A DNA stretch of 64,000 bases from assembly GCF_009914755.1 (NCBI RefSeq), contig NC_060936.1. The stretch is one strand, 5' to 3'. The DNA comes from the human T2T-CHM13v2.0 reference genome, Homo sapiens. Position numbers and translations under genes: made by a program. Shown here piece after piece: positions 48,305-63,619 of this stretch (its first letter is position 1; every line of letters starts with the position of its first letter). The notes beneath the pieces are model-generated. The model worked only from the letters and a program-made list of their open reading frames with translations. It made no database searches and was not told the origin of the DNA.

Positions 48305-50899
48305 TGAGATGCCTTCCCACTGCTCCCCCAAGGCCTTGCCAGTCTGGCTGTTACCCACCTCTGCTGCCTGCTCTTTCATTACTTTCTGCTTCAAGCCCAC
48401 ATTCCAGAAGGTGGAGCATCTTATTAGTCCTTCATTACTATTATCGCTTCTTCCTGGATCTGTCTTTCAATTTAACTTATTCTTATGCAATATGTCTTAT
48501 CATACTTCCTCCAGGGAGCTCCTCCTCATACCCTTAAGCACCCTGTTAGAATGTGTATCAAAGTTTAATGAAACTACTTGTGAGCTTGTCTTCCCCAATT
48601 GTCTCCAAGTTCTTGTTTATTGTATCCTTGGAGCCTGCCCAATTTAAAAGAATGAATACATTTCATTCATTCATTCATCTCATACTTTTTAAATAATGTT
48701 TACTGAATATCAAAATGTGCTAATTATTGGGGCTACAACAGTGAAATAACACTGTGCTTGCCTTTAAGAAGTTTCTGCTCAGGTGAGGGATACATTCAGG
48801 TAAATAAGGATGCACATGGTAAATAAGGAAGCATGGTGTCCTATGGTAGGAATTTATGTAGGATAATATGGGAACTCCTGGGAAGAGCACCTAAAGAAAC
48901 CTGGGGTGCTTAGGGTGATTGTTAAGAGCATAGACTTTAGAGTCACTCAGTACTAACTCGGAACCTCTGTTCCATTACCTGCTTGCTCTGTAACTTTGGG
49001 CAGGTTTACTTAACCTCTCCAAGCTGCAGCTTTTACATCTGTAAATTTGGGAAGATTTTAGAACCTACTTCTTTAGTTTGTGTGAGGATTGAAATGCAAA
49101 TATAAATTAATGGATTTGAAGAAATGATTCTTCTTACCCTCCCTATTTCTGAAGGCTCAGAAGACATGCTCTGGAGGAAATGATTTGCACTGAGTCTTAA
49201 AGGATGAGTAGGCATTAGCCAGGTGAAGAGAGGGAGTAGGGTGGCAATCAGTACAGACGAATAAACCCACTCAGTAGAGCAGAGCTGAGAGATGAAATGG
49301 CATGTTTGTATAACTGCAGGTGGTTTAGATTGGTGGAAGCACAATATATGGGACAGTGGATGGAGGGAGTGGCAAAGTGACTCAGGGAGGAGTGTCCTGA
49401 TCAGCTGCCATTCAGGGAGCATGGGGTAAAGGCAATAGATGAGGGGGCTGAGTCCAGACTATGGAGGCTCTTGAATGGTACAAGATATTTGAACCTCATT
49501 TTACAGGCAAGAAATTTTAGAGTTAGAAAGTACTAATTTGACAAATGGGCTTTAAAAACTGACCTATATTCTGAGATTTTTAGAGCAGTGTTTCTCTCAG
49601 TTTGGTCTCCAAACATTCATTAAAATCATGTGGAATTTTTCTTGTAAGTGCTGGTTTCTGGGCCCTACTTCAGTAATTGGAACGGCTGATGCTGAAAACA
49701 AAATTGACATTTTCAATGGTACTTGAAATTCTTGTGCACACTAAAGTTTGAGAACAGTTACCTTAAAACATAACTATGTTTCAGTCAGAAACATTGAAAC
49801 TAACTGGGTAGCAATCAACCTTTGGGCAAAACAGAGTTTCTACAATCATGTTGACATGTTTTTAAAGTAATTACAGCAGTTTGTCATAAGCACCAACCAG
49901 ATATTCATTTATAGGTGAAGGTTATTTCTAAGAACAAGGATGTTAAAAAAGAAACAAGAGAAAATAGTAAATGGTCTTATAAAGACAGTATGACACATCT
50001 TTGAAGTGGTGATTGCAACTCCACATAACTTTCGACTTCCAATTTTCACTTGTATGTAGGTGTTAATGAATCTCCTTTATATAAACTGTATGACATAAGA
50101 TTAAGAAAAGTCATAAAAATAGTTTGACCCTAAAGAAATCCCCTGCAATATTTTTTCTCAAACATTGAAAGTGAAAAATAAGCACTATTTTATGGTAGAT
50201 GGACCATCCATCCAGGGGAAGAAAAAAAAAAAAAACCACCTCTGTTATTTTTATATGTAAATGCACAATTCTAATTTTATCAAATGTATAAGATATAAAT
50301 ATTTTATTAATTTATTTAAGCTGTACTTTAAATATTTTAATTCTCCATAGTTCTAACATATCTTGCTAACATCACTAGAGTTTGTTTAAAGTGCTCTAAT
50401 TCTCATCTGAAGTGGAGATCTCTATTTTGGACAATTTGTAATACCTCACTGTTCTAATGAGAAGCATTATTTAAGAATCTGAAAAGTAAGGCGTATGGCA
50501 ACTCCCTTTGACCATAGAGGATTTTCTTGTAGTAAACTGCCCTATCTAATGAAAATGAAGGATTTTATGTCTAAAGACAAGTAGAAAAGATGTGCTTTTG
50601 TATCAGGATAACTGATGCAAAACCAAACTGAGCAAAAGAGAAACAAGTCAAAGACAAACAAGGTGATAGAAAGATGCTAAAAAGTGCAGTGAAAACAATA
50701 GAATTAGTTTCTGTGGCAGAGACTGACTTGGGGGCAGGGCAAGCTACGTAATTTGGTCAAAACAGGGAAAAAGTTTCATTTTCTTGTTTCATGTTCTGTC
50801 TCGATGTGTCGTGGTTTTTTTTTTTTTTAATCATCATTTAATGCTATGCTGACTCAAGCATAGGGATAGTCCTGGGGTGAGAGCACACCCTGTCAGTGC

Positions 50900-51218
50900 T
50901 GAGGGCCTTCCTTGCCTCATAACTCCAACTTGGCACTTGGGTATGCTTGCCTAAGTCCAACTCATCCTGCCTGTGTGCTGCAAGTGGAGCGTAGCAGTGG
51001 TCTCTGGGTGGCTGCAGAGAAGCAGGCATCTGAGAATCAATCCAGGGAGATTGGGCGGACAGCAGGAGATGTGAGCCAAGGCTTCAAGGCCCAGACACAT
51101 GATTCTTTGTCTCATTGAACTTCACTGACAAAACACGAATTCACAGGTAAAATTAGAATTTCAAGATGGCAATTACAGAGCATTAAACCCCAAGAGGGGG
51201 CCCACTTCTGAGCAAGGA
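50900..51218 (-). mobile_element. MER45-like hAT-Tip100 fragment
   Basis: ttcaagatggcaattacagagcattaaacc...gggcccacttctgagc resembles the MER45 subterminal sequence; left boundary uncertain. Confidence 0.5.
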
Positions 51219-52355
51219 ACCGTCCTTGCTCAGAAGAGCATTGTGCTGTCTTAAATGCCTACCAATCTGGCCCATCTTGAGGATGAAAGTTCTACTGGGG
51301 CAATCAGGGAAGGCCTCACAGAGGAGGGAGCATATGGGTCACAATTGATGGGAATGAGGCCATTACGCCAAGATCTGGAGAACAGAGTTCCTAGCAGGAG
51401 GAACACCAAGCGCACAGGACTTGAGATGGGTAAAAGCTTAGTTAAATTTGAAGAACAGAAAGAGAGCCAGCATAGCTGAAGCTTAGTCAGTGAGGGTGGG
51501 GATTGGGAAGTGGAAGGATATGAGATCAGAGAGAGCCAGTTAACAACACATATGGTTATATACAATATATACTGTTCTATACAATATATTGTGCACCTGT
51601 TTTAAGTATGACCTTGGTCTAGGAGACTGAAAACTCCTTATGGATATGACTAAATTTATTTCATTTCCCCTTTGAAATATTGATTAAAAAGTCTACTGTA
51701 GTATAGTATTTTCAAACTACGCTTTTGTTATTACTTGAAGGAGAAAAGTAACCAAAGAATTTCATATCTCCTTCATAATTTTATTTTGCCTCTGGCTAAA
51801 TTTGTCTTACTTACTTTGATGTTAACTGTGCATTTTTGAAGTTATTATATGAGTTAATTTCAAGGTCAGATTCAATATAGCCATGTGTTGCCCTTGCTTA
51901 TAAAGAATATTGTATATTCCTACTTTACAATAAAGTTCCATCTCTCATTTCTCTCTGCTTTATCCTTTCTCCTGCCTAAATTATCTTCTTTTACTATACA
52001 ACCATGGTCTAATACTTCCCTGTTTGAAAGCTTTTATTGACTACATTTTGCACATGTGATAATTACTCTGGATAACTTGGTTGCAAACGTCTCAGGCTAT
52101 GATCCATCATGTAATTCATGCTCTAGCCTTTTGGTACTCTCCTTAGTTCTGAATAAATCTTTGACTTTCTTGTCCCTAAGTCTTGATTCAAGCCATTTCT
52201 TTTGTTTGGAAGGATTTCTTCTCCATTCTCATTCCCAAACCCTATACCTTGCTGTGCATAACCTCTTGCAGATCAGTTCACACCCACCCCTTGCAAGAAG
52301 CCTTATGGAGTACCTTTGATGGTAATTCACTGCTTCCTGCCCCCCTACACACATA

Positions 52356-52727
52356 CAGTAGTTCCCCCTTATCCATGAGGGTTAGGTCCCAAGACCTCCA
52401 GTGGAAGCCTGAAACCATAGATAGTAGCAGACCCAATTGCCATCAATCAGAACATATTTCTGTTCATGCCTTTTACTCACAAATTTAATGCCTTTTCCGT
52501 CTTAACTAAGCACTTACCATGTGCTGTGGCTGTCAGTTTTGCAGTTTAATGTGCAGCAGCAAAACTAGCTGAATTTCTTTTCCCTTCTTCACAATTTCAC
52601 AGATAGAAGATTCCTTCTTACCATAGATCTTAGCAACTGCAGCATACAATTTTTTTTTTCTTTCTTGTTAAGTTGAGAACTTTCCCCTTTTCACTTAAAG
52701 GAAGTACTTCACAGCTTCTTTTTGCCT
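52356..52727. mobile_element. TcMar-Tigger derivative (MER2B/MER44-like), one end only
   Basis: TA|cagtagttccccttatcc...ccaagacctccagtggaagcctgaaacc terminus. Confidence 0.6.
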
Positions 52728-53244
52728 GAATTGGAAAGGCAATGTCTCCTACCAAACTTAATGATTCTGATTTTCAAGACATATTTAATGAAGTCAGTAG
52801 ACTATTTCCATGCTATCATAAACTACTCAGAAACATGCGCAGGAACAAATTTCTCTCTTTTGCGGGCAAGGCCATACCTTTTTTAGTTCTGTCATATTTA
52901 TTCATCACAGATGTAAAATTTCTGATTTGGCAGGGATATCACTTAATGTCTTCTGTGTCCATTCCCTTGTTTTGCTCTTCCCCACATGTAACTGAAATAT
53001 CTTTTCCCTTTTCCCATTTATCCATGTGGGGTCCATCTGCTAGTTCGTGTCTGGTAATCAATATTTATGTATTTCCTATTTTGTGCAATTGTTTTGTCTT
53101 TTCTTACAGAATTCAGAAAAGGCATGACCATGCAACAATATTAGTACATAAATAGTTGTTGGTAAATGTTAACTAAACTAATTTGATATATTTTGGTTAG
53201 AGAACTTACTACTCACTTTGTTTATTTTCTTTTTTGTTTTTAAG

Positions 53245-53394
53245 AAACAATCAGGTTTTTTTCTGGAAAACAAATCTACCTACCAGCTTTGGAAGGCTGG
53301 TTACTATATAGTAGTATACTTTCCAGAGAAAGATATCACTATTCTTTGGGATAGGAAGACAACTATTCATATCAAAGTTGGGCCACAGTGGAAG
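53245..53394 (+). CDS. OTOGL: OTOGL exon Q (150 nt, phase 0-0): KQSGFFLENKSTYQLWKAGYYIVVYFPEKDITILWDRKTTIHIKVGPQWK
   Basis: ttttaag|aaa...aag|gtaggt; VWD WD..T.I...P.WK motif. Confidence 0.93.
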
Positions 53395-53664
53395 GTAGGT
53401 CAACCTAAGCTCCAAATGAGATGTAATGAATAAAATCACATTTAGTTTTTGATGTTTGATGAAAATAAAATGATTAATGTTTTCCTTTAAGAACTAGGTT
53501 ATATTTCCAGAATTACTAACTCATACCCTTGTGAAAAAGAACTTCACCAACTAAGTACAGTGTTTGTGTACAGTTCTTTTTGACTTTAACCTTGCAGTAT
53601 CCAGTTTTCCAAGATTACTTAAGCCAGCTTTCTTCTTCTCTTTTTCTTCAGCTTAATTATGTGA

Positions 53665-54065
<401 letters not shown>

Positions 54066-54136
54066 TAAAATTATTTTTTAAATGTAAAAAATGTTACTCT
54101 TATTGTGTCTAGGTCTATAGATTTTGACAAATGCAT

Positions 54137-54504
54137 TGTATTAGTCCATTTTCACACTGCTATAAAGAACTACCTGACACTGGGTAATTTATAAAGAAAA
54201 GAGGTTTAATTGACTCACAGTTCTGCATGCCTGGGAAGGCCTCAGGGAATGTACAATCATTGTGGAAGGCAAAGGGGAAGCAATCACCTTCTTCAAAAGG
54301 TGGCTGGAAAGACAGAAAGAATGAGGGGGAAATGCCACACTTTTTAACCATCAGGTGTCATGAGAACTCCCTCACTATCACAAGAACAGCTTGGGAGAAA
54401 CCACCCCCATGATCCAATCACCTCTCACCAGGTCCTTCCCTCAACATATGGGGATTGTAATTCGAGGTGAGATTTGGGTGGGGACACAGAGCCAAGCCAT
54501 GTTA
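54137..54504 (-). mobile_element. THE1D/MSTA-like MaLR solo LTR
   Basis: tgtattagtccatttt...ggggacacagagccaagccatgtta; 5-bp TSD tgcat on both sides. Confidence 0.9.
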
Positions 54505-54509
54505 TGCAT

Positions 54510-54880
54510 GGAGCCTTGTATCCATCACAACAGTTCTACATAGAACATACCTGTCAACCTCCAAATATACTTCATGTTGCTTCTTTATTGTCAACCCCTA
54601 CCTTTACCTCCTAACCTCAGACAACCACTGATTATATTTTCCACTGCTATAGTTTTGTCTTTCTCAGATATCATATAAATGGAATTGTACAATCTGTAGT
54701 CTTTTGGGTCTGGCTTCTTTGACTTGGCAAAGTATATTTAAGATTCATACAAATTGTTGTGTGAATTCTATACTGTTGAGTAGTATTCTGTTGTGTGGAT
54801 GTACCACACAATTTATTTATCCATTCATGGTTGAATATCCAATCTGAGTTGTTTATAATTTTTGGCAATTATAAATTATT
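54510..54880 (-). mobile_element. Old L1M 3' fragment (host of the LTR; also ~54100-54136)
   Basis: caaccactgat...tcatataaatggaat...gtctggcttctttgact...gatgtaccacacaatttatttatccattc. Confidence 0.7.
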
Positions 54881-56186
54881 TTATATACTATTCCCTGCTA
54901 AATATTTTTATTAAATATTGTTAGTTTACTATTTAAAATATTTAAAATTTGATTATTTTGAATATTTATTTGAACATTTTAAATTCATGTTTTAAAGTTG
55001 TTTGCAAAAACATTGATGTATTTTTTTAAAATTTAGTTTACCTGAAATTGAGACTGAGACTCATGGATATAATTTTTGTCAAAGAAAAATTGGAATAGCA
55101 ACAATATCTTCTCAAAAATACAGAAAAGATACATTTTTAAAAAAGATTTTAATATGTCATAAATGTGAAATATGATTGTATATTGAAGTTATAGTCTTTC
55201 AGTCTTAAGGAGGATAAAGCCCAAAGATCTATTCTTAGGTTTGTTGGCATCTTGAATTTCTCTGATGAATCCAAAATAACCTTCAGTCATTGCTGTCTTT
55301 CTTCAATGAATATTCTCTGCCATTCTTCATCTGATATCCTTGTTTCCAGCAAGAATAGCAATATATTTTACTACTAGATGAAGGGGGAGAACTTGCAGTG
55401 ATGATTTTCTAGAAGCAGTAGAACTACTCCTTAAAACCTTGAATTTAGACATGCTGAATGCTCTCTTCAATATTGAAGAATGGAATCTATCCCTTAATGG
55501 AGAAGTAGGCTGCCTATGTCTCTGGCAAAGCAGACAATAACCTTAGAATTACATCTGCCATAGCCACTTATTACCATGGGACCTCTGTTTTCAGAAATCA
55601 TATCTGTTCAGACAGAGGCCACTACTAACAGTAGTTATCCTAAAGCTGAGGCATCAGGAAGGGGGATGTGGAAAAACAAATGGTTAACTTGTTTCTAACA
55701 GGCAGGCAATATGATATATTCCAACAAGTAGGGAATATATCTGCCATTCTTCATCCATATCCTTGTTTCTAACAAGGATGGGAATATATATAATTATGAA
55801 TTACATATGTATATATATATACACATGAATTCTGTGTATACACACATATACATTTGCATACACATACACTCTCATATGTACTGTCTTGTTTGAATTATAC
55901 TTTTCAAAGTTATTTATGTTATTAGTTGTATTAATGCTAAGACACTGGTAAGTGTGGATAAATAGGACTTGAAATCAGGTAAAATATTTTTGCAAATTTA
56001 AAATAATCACAAAATATAATTAAATTGGTATGAGAAAATCCACTTTCTTCAAGTTAATTTTTAAAAATGATTGCTGTGAAAATGCTTAAATATATATTTG
56101 AAATGTCTCAAAAGTTTTAATGAATATGAGTCTTTAAATGTTAAAGTGAAAACAGAATATTTCCTGGTGATTTTCTCTTACTTTAG

Positions 56187-56306
56187 AACAAGCTATCAGG
56201 ATTGTGTGGAAACTTTGACAAATGCACTTCAAATGATATGACCACATCTAATAACTTGGAAGTGAGAAATGCTCGGGTATTTGGAGATAGTTGGGCATTA
56301 GGACAG
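56187..56306 (+). CDS. OTOGL: OTOGL exon R (120 nt, phase 0-0): NKLSGLCGNFDKCTSNDMTTSNNLEVRNARVFGDSWALGQ
   Basis: ctttag|aac...cag|gtaagt; GLCGNFD and FG.SW motifs. Confidence 0.95.
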
Positions 56307-57384
56307 GTAAGTTACATAAATGTATTTTAGAAGTCAACAAAAATTTTTAAGAATATTTTTTCACTAGAACATTTTATTCTTATTTAGGTAATATTATTTT
56401 ACATACTATTTTCATAGTAATTTATAGCTGATAAACATTCATATTTATCTTCTCATGTAATTTTTCTGATTACCTTATCATATAAAGGATGTTTTCTCCT
56501 TAGTATAGATGAAGAAATTGAGGCTCAGGGAGGTTAAATGAGTTGTCTAATATTATATGGTTAGAAAGTAGCAGAGGTGACATTCAAATTCATCTCTTCA
56601 CCCTCATGTTTTCCTCACCATAGCAAAATGCCAATCAATGTATCTGCATTTCGAAGGATGATGGAACTTTTGCCAGTTCAAAGCAATAAATAAATGAAGA
56701 CAAAATTTCTTAACAGCCATGTTACTGTATTACATGAAATAAAGGGAGACACGTGTATATGTGTGTGGGTGGGTGGATTGTGGTCAACTACCTTTGGCAG
56801 CAGTTGGCTAAATTAATTTTTGCATATTTCTCTTTCAAAGGTTTCTTGAGGCATTATAAGCCTATAAAGAAGGGACATGTCTGAAGGATTTTCCAAACTT
56901 ACTGACATAATATATATTTTTATTTATTAATTCTCAAGGAAGTAGTGTTATATGAAACACATTTTGAAAAATGCTGAACTCAGAAAACAGAGTCAAATTG
57001 GAAATTGGTTCTATTCTTTCCTCTACTTTCTTTTTAGCCTGTTGTTCTTTTCAATTGATAAGAGTGTTTGAAACCACAATTTCCTGATTGGTTACCATTT
57101 GGTTAGTTACTTCTCTACTTTGCCTAGTTTACTAATATGTCTAAATCTCTTTAAAGAATAAAGAAGGGATGGGGTAAAACATTTATTCCAGTCAGTAATT
57201 TTTGAGTGTGGTCTAAGCTTAAGAGTATGAAAGTGTACCTTTTAATATCTAAAATATCCACTATATTGAGAGAGACAAAATCCTTTTAACTGTGGCTATC
57301 TTACATCTTGTTACCTTTAGAAGTTTTGAAAAAAATCGTTTTACATTCTTCTCTCTGCAAATGAATTAAGAAGTAACTATTTCT

Positions 57385-57402
57385 TTTTTTTTTTAAATTT
57401 TA

Positions 57403-57433
<31 letters not shown>

Positions 57434-59620
57434 TTTTAATTGATCATTCTTGGGTGTTTCTCGCAGAGGGGGATTTGGCAGGATCACAGGACAATAGTGG
57501 AGGGAAGGTCAGCAGATAAACAAGTGAACAAAGGTCTCTGGTTTTCCTAGGCAGAGGACCCTGCGGCCTTTCCGCAGTGTTTGTGTCCCTGATTACTTGA
57601 GATTAGGGAGTGGTGATGACTCTTAACGAGCATGCTGCCTTCAAGCATCTGTTTAACAAAGCACATCTTGCACCGCCCTTAATCCATTCAACCCTGAGTG
57701 GATACAGCACATGTTTCAGAGAGCACAGGGTTGGGGGTAAGGTCACCGATCAACAGGATCCCAAGGCAGAAGAATTTTTCTTAGTACAGAACAAAATGAA
57801 AAGTCTCCCATGTCTACCTCTTTCTACACAGACACGGCAACCATCCGATTTCTCAATCTTTTCCCCACCTTTCCCCCCCTTTCTATTCTACAAAACCGCC
57901 ATTGTCATCATGGCCCGTTCTCAATGAGCTGTTGGGTACACCTCCCAGACGGCGTGGTGGCCGGGCAGAGGGGCTCCTCACTTCCCAGTAGGCGCGGCCG
58001 GGCAGAGGCACCCCTCACCTCCCGGACGGGGCGGCTGGCCAGACGGGGGGCTGACCCCCCCCACCTCCCTCCTGGACGGGGTGGCTGGCCGGGCAGAGGG
58101 GCTCCTCACTTCCCAGTAGGGGCGGCCGGGCGGAGGCGCCCCTCACCTCCGGGACGGGGCAGCTGGCCGGGTGGGGGGCTGACCCCCCAACCTCCCTCCT
58201 GGACGGGGCGGCTGGCCGGGCGGGGGGCTGACCCCCCCACCTCCCTCCTGGATGGGACGGCTGGCCGGGCAGAGTGGCTCCTCACTTCCCAGTAGGGGCG
58301 GCCAGGCAGAGGCGCCCCTCACTTCCCGGACGGGGCGGCTGGCCGAGCGGGGGGCAGACCCCGCCACCTCCCTCCCGGACGGGGTGGCTGGCCGGGCAGA
58401 GGGGCTCCTCACTTCCCAGTAGGGGCGGCCGGGCAGAGGCACCCCTCACCTCCCGGACAGGGCGGCTGGCCGGGCGGGGGGCTGACCCCCCCACCTCCCT
58501 CCCTCCCGGACGGGGCGGCTGGCCGGGCGGGGGCTGACGCCCCCACCTCCCTCCCGGACGGAGCGGCTGGCCGGGCAGAGGGGCTCCTCAGTTCCCAGTA
58601 GGGGCGGCCGGGCAGAGGCGCCCCTCACCTGCCGGACGGGGCGGCTGGCCGCGCGGGGGGCTGATCCCCCCACCTCCCTCCCGGACGGGGCGGCTGGCCG
58701 GGCGGGGGGCTGACCCCCCCACCTCCCTCCCGGACGGGGCGGCTGGCCGGGCGGGGGGCTGACACCCCCACCTCCCTCCCGGACGAGGTGGCTGCCGGGC
58801 GGAGACGCTCCTCACTTCCCAGACGGGGTGGCTGCTGGGTGGAGGGGCTCCTCACTTCTCAGACGGGGCGGCTGCCGGGCGGAGGGGCTCCTCACTTCTC
58901 AGACCGGGCGGTTGCCAGGCAGAGGGTCTCCTCACTTCTCAGACGGGGCGTCCGGGCAGAGACGCTCCTCACATCCCGGACGGGGCGGCAGGGCAGAGGT
59001 GCTCCCCACATCTCAGACGATGGGCGGCCGGGCAGAGATGCTCCTCACTTCCCAGATGTGATGGCGGCCGGGAAGAGACGCTCCTCACTTTCCAGACTGG
59101 GCAGCCAGGCAGAGGGGCTCCTCACATCCCAGACGATGGGCGGCCAGGCGGAGACGCTCCTCACTTCCCAGACGGGGTGGCGGCCGGGCAGAGGCTGCAA
59201 TCTCGGCACTTTGGGAGGCCAAGGCAGGCTGCTGGGAGGTGGAGGTTGTAGCGAGCCGAGATCAGGCCACTGCACTCCAGCCTGGGCACCATTGAGCACT
59301 GAGTGAACGAGACTCCGTCTGCAATCCCGGCACCTTGGGAGGCCGAGGCTGGCGGATCACTCGCGGTTAGGAGCTGGAGACCAGCCCGGCCAACACAGCG
59401 AATCCCCGTCTCCACCAAAAAAATACAAAAACCAGTCAGGTGTGGCGGCGCGCACCTGCAATCGCAGGCACTCAGCAAGCTGAGGCAGGAGAATCAGGCA
59501 GGGAGGTTGCAGTGAGCCGAGATGGCAGCAGTACCGTCCAGCTTCGGCTCGGCATCAGAGGGAGACCGTGGAAAGAGAGGGAGAGGGAGACCGTGGGGAG
59601 AGGGAGAGGGAGAGGGAGAG
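57385..59620 (-). mobile_element. Full-length SVA retrotransposon (SVA_D-like), 2236 bp
   Basis: Left to right: T/(TTA)n tail, SINE-R, GC-rich VNTR, Alu-like domain, (AGAGGG)n hexamer; perfect 17-bp TSD aagaagtaactatttct at 57368-57384 and 59621-59637. Confidence 0.97.
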
Positions 59621-61218
59621 AAGAAGTAACTATTTCTAATGGTACTTAAATATCTGGAGTAGTCAAATAATTTTAAACCGCCTCAAAATAAATTTTTTAT
59701 TCATACCTGATAGACAAGGCTAAAATTCAGGTCATTTAAAAAATTCACTAATTTTTATTTAGCACTTAATGTTTTCCATTACATACAGACACATAATATG
59801 GATAAATCACAGTCTTTGCCTTTAAGGAATTTAGAGTCTAGAGGTGGAAAATTTCGAGGTGGAAAAATTAACAGTCGGAACATAGTAAGATAGTTGCTTT
59901 GATAGAAGTGCACACAAAGTGGGGATTGTGATGGTCCAAGAAAGGTTCCTGGAGAAGGTACCCTGCAGGTGAATCTTATAAGATTTATAGGAGCTAAGAA
60001 AGTGAAATTTATGGGAAAGAATTTAACAGGGAAAGGAGGGAGCAGCCACCTAGAAGATGTCAAGAGGCTGGAGAGAGTGTGGTGCACAAAGTGAATTTCA
60101 AAAAGTTAATTTTGGTTGTGGTGTAAGGTCTGAAATACAGAATAGCTGAAGTGCAAAGTATAGATCTGCAAGATACAAGGGCCAAGAGGCTCTTATAATC
60201 CAGCTAGAAATATTAAGTCAGTAGAGATTTAAGACTGTATTAGGAAGGATGAATTTGGAGGTTCCAAGAAGGTCTCCTACTTTCCTGGCTTCCTGGGTGG
60301 ATACTGATGTTCCTTCCTGAGGCAGGGCAAAGAGGAGGAAATGAATGTGGATAGTCGGGGAAGGACAATGGTGTAGAGGTAGGGATGATTAGGATCTGCT
60401 GAGAGAGAAATGACAGATATATTTAGGTGGAAATGTTAGTTCTGAAATTCAGGAAGGAGATGTGGGATGGACATAGGGATATGGCAGTGACTAGTATATT
60501 CAGGGCGTTGAAGCCAGGACGCGTGTACCGAATGAGAAAAATAGAGGTTTGAGGATTAAGCTTTGCAAAGAGAGGAGGGAGAACGAGATTAGGGAACAGC
60601 AGCCAATGTAGCAAGAGGAAACCCAGCAGAAAATTGTGTCACCAAAACCAAATGAGGAGAGACATTTAAGAAGGGTAAAGTATTAAATAGAATCAGAGGC
60701 AGCAAAAGTCAAGCAAAATGGAAGACTGAAAAATTGCCTTTATATTTAACAATGAAGAGGTCATGGATGACATTTTTCAGGGCAGTTTCAGGGAAGGGTA
60801 TTAGGGGAGGAAGAGGCCAAATTGCTGCATGTGTGGGAATTGAGTCTGCAGAGACTTGGGTACATATAACCTCTCAGATGATTTGTGACAGAAATGAAGA
60901 AGATGAAGATGAAAGAAACAGGTCATGCTCATGTAATTTTTTAAGTCATGCAAATGCTGTGTTTAAGACAATTTAAAAATCATTCATCACCACTCTATCT
61001 CTAATATTGCTATGATTTTAATATTCTGTTTAGTTGCTTTCAAAAATAATATATGCAATTAACATTGAATAGGATGTGAGCAGGTGCTTTACGCAAATCC
61101 TATCTAAAAGGATGAGAATATATTAGGCGCAATTGTAATGAGTGAAGTTGGGTAGGTTACTCTGTTTGAGAAATTGTCCCTTTGAAAACTTCTTTTCTCT
61201 CTTAAATTTTTTCAACAG

Positions 61219-61335
61219 TGTGAAAGTCCAGATGAAACAATTAAACCCTGTGAGGCACATCAAAACAAATTTCCTTATGCCAAGAAAGAATGCTCCATTT
61301 TGTACAGTGATATTTTTGCTTCTTGTCGCAATGTG
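61219..61335 (+). CDS. OTOGL: OTOGL exon S (117 nt, phase 0-0): CESPDETIKPCEAHQNKFPYAKKECSILYSDIFASCRNV, start of C8-3
   Basis: caacag|tgt...gtg|gtaaat; C8 A...C.IL....F..C motif. Confidence 0.93.
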
Positions 61336-61857
61336 GTAAATGAATACTTTAATGAACTCTCGAGTTTCAATATGTTCTACTGTGTCTATAATACTGAGGT
61401 GAACACGACACGTAACTGGGTGATCCACTGGCTTTTTAGATATACCACCTAACTATTGTTAGGGGGGCATATGTGTTAGTTTGTTTTTCTGTAGAAGTGG
61501 CACATTTAGTTGATTTACTTTCTCCCTTACTACATCTAATTTAACAGTGTACCTTTGTACGTATTTGTAATAATTTGTTCTAGTTTATGGAACATTATTT
61601 ACATACATCATTTTATGATTAAGAGCATAAATGTTTACTTTTCTTTAGAGAACATTGTCAAATGGGTATTCTTCTCAACTCAAAGTGCAGTTTAAAAGTA
61701 TTGCTTGTAGCACATTTGAAATGTTTTTAGAAGCACATCCCAAGATGGAATGTACTTATTTAGAAATTTCGTTTTCAAAATTCCTTCCTAGCATGATTAT
61801 TTTAGGTCCCAATAGAAGTTTAAGCAATATTTCAATGTATTGGTAAGAATTAAGTAA

Positions 61858-63187
<1,330 letters not shown>

Positions 63188-63363
63188 ATATTAGAGCCAC
63201 ATAGGTAGACTAAAGTCTTGTTTATAAAAAGGGTTGCTTTTGAGACTTTTCAGAGTTTCCAAGGACCACACCTGCTTGACAAGGAATATTGTGTCAAGTC
63301 TGGAGTCCTGAACCACAGAGCCTGCTGGTTCTTTTCCACTTGAAAAGAAAAATTAACCCATGA

Positions 63364-63619
<256 letters not shown>

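Noticed and set aside
57610-59649. Dense overlapping Gly/Arg/Pro-rich ORFs and a regular repeat array (CRISPR-like look)
   Set aside because: SVA VNTR and Alu-like domain; tandem units without unique spacers; eukaryotic context.
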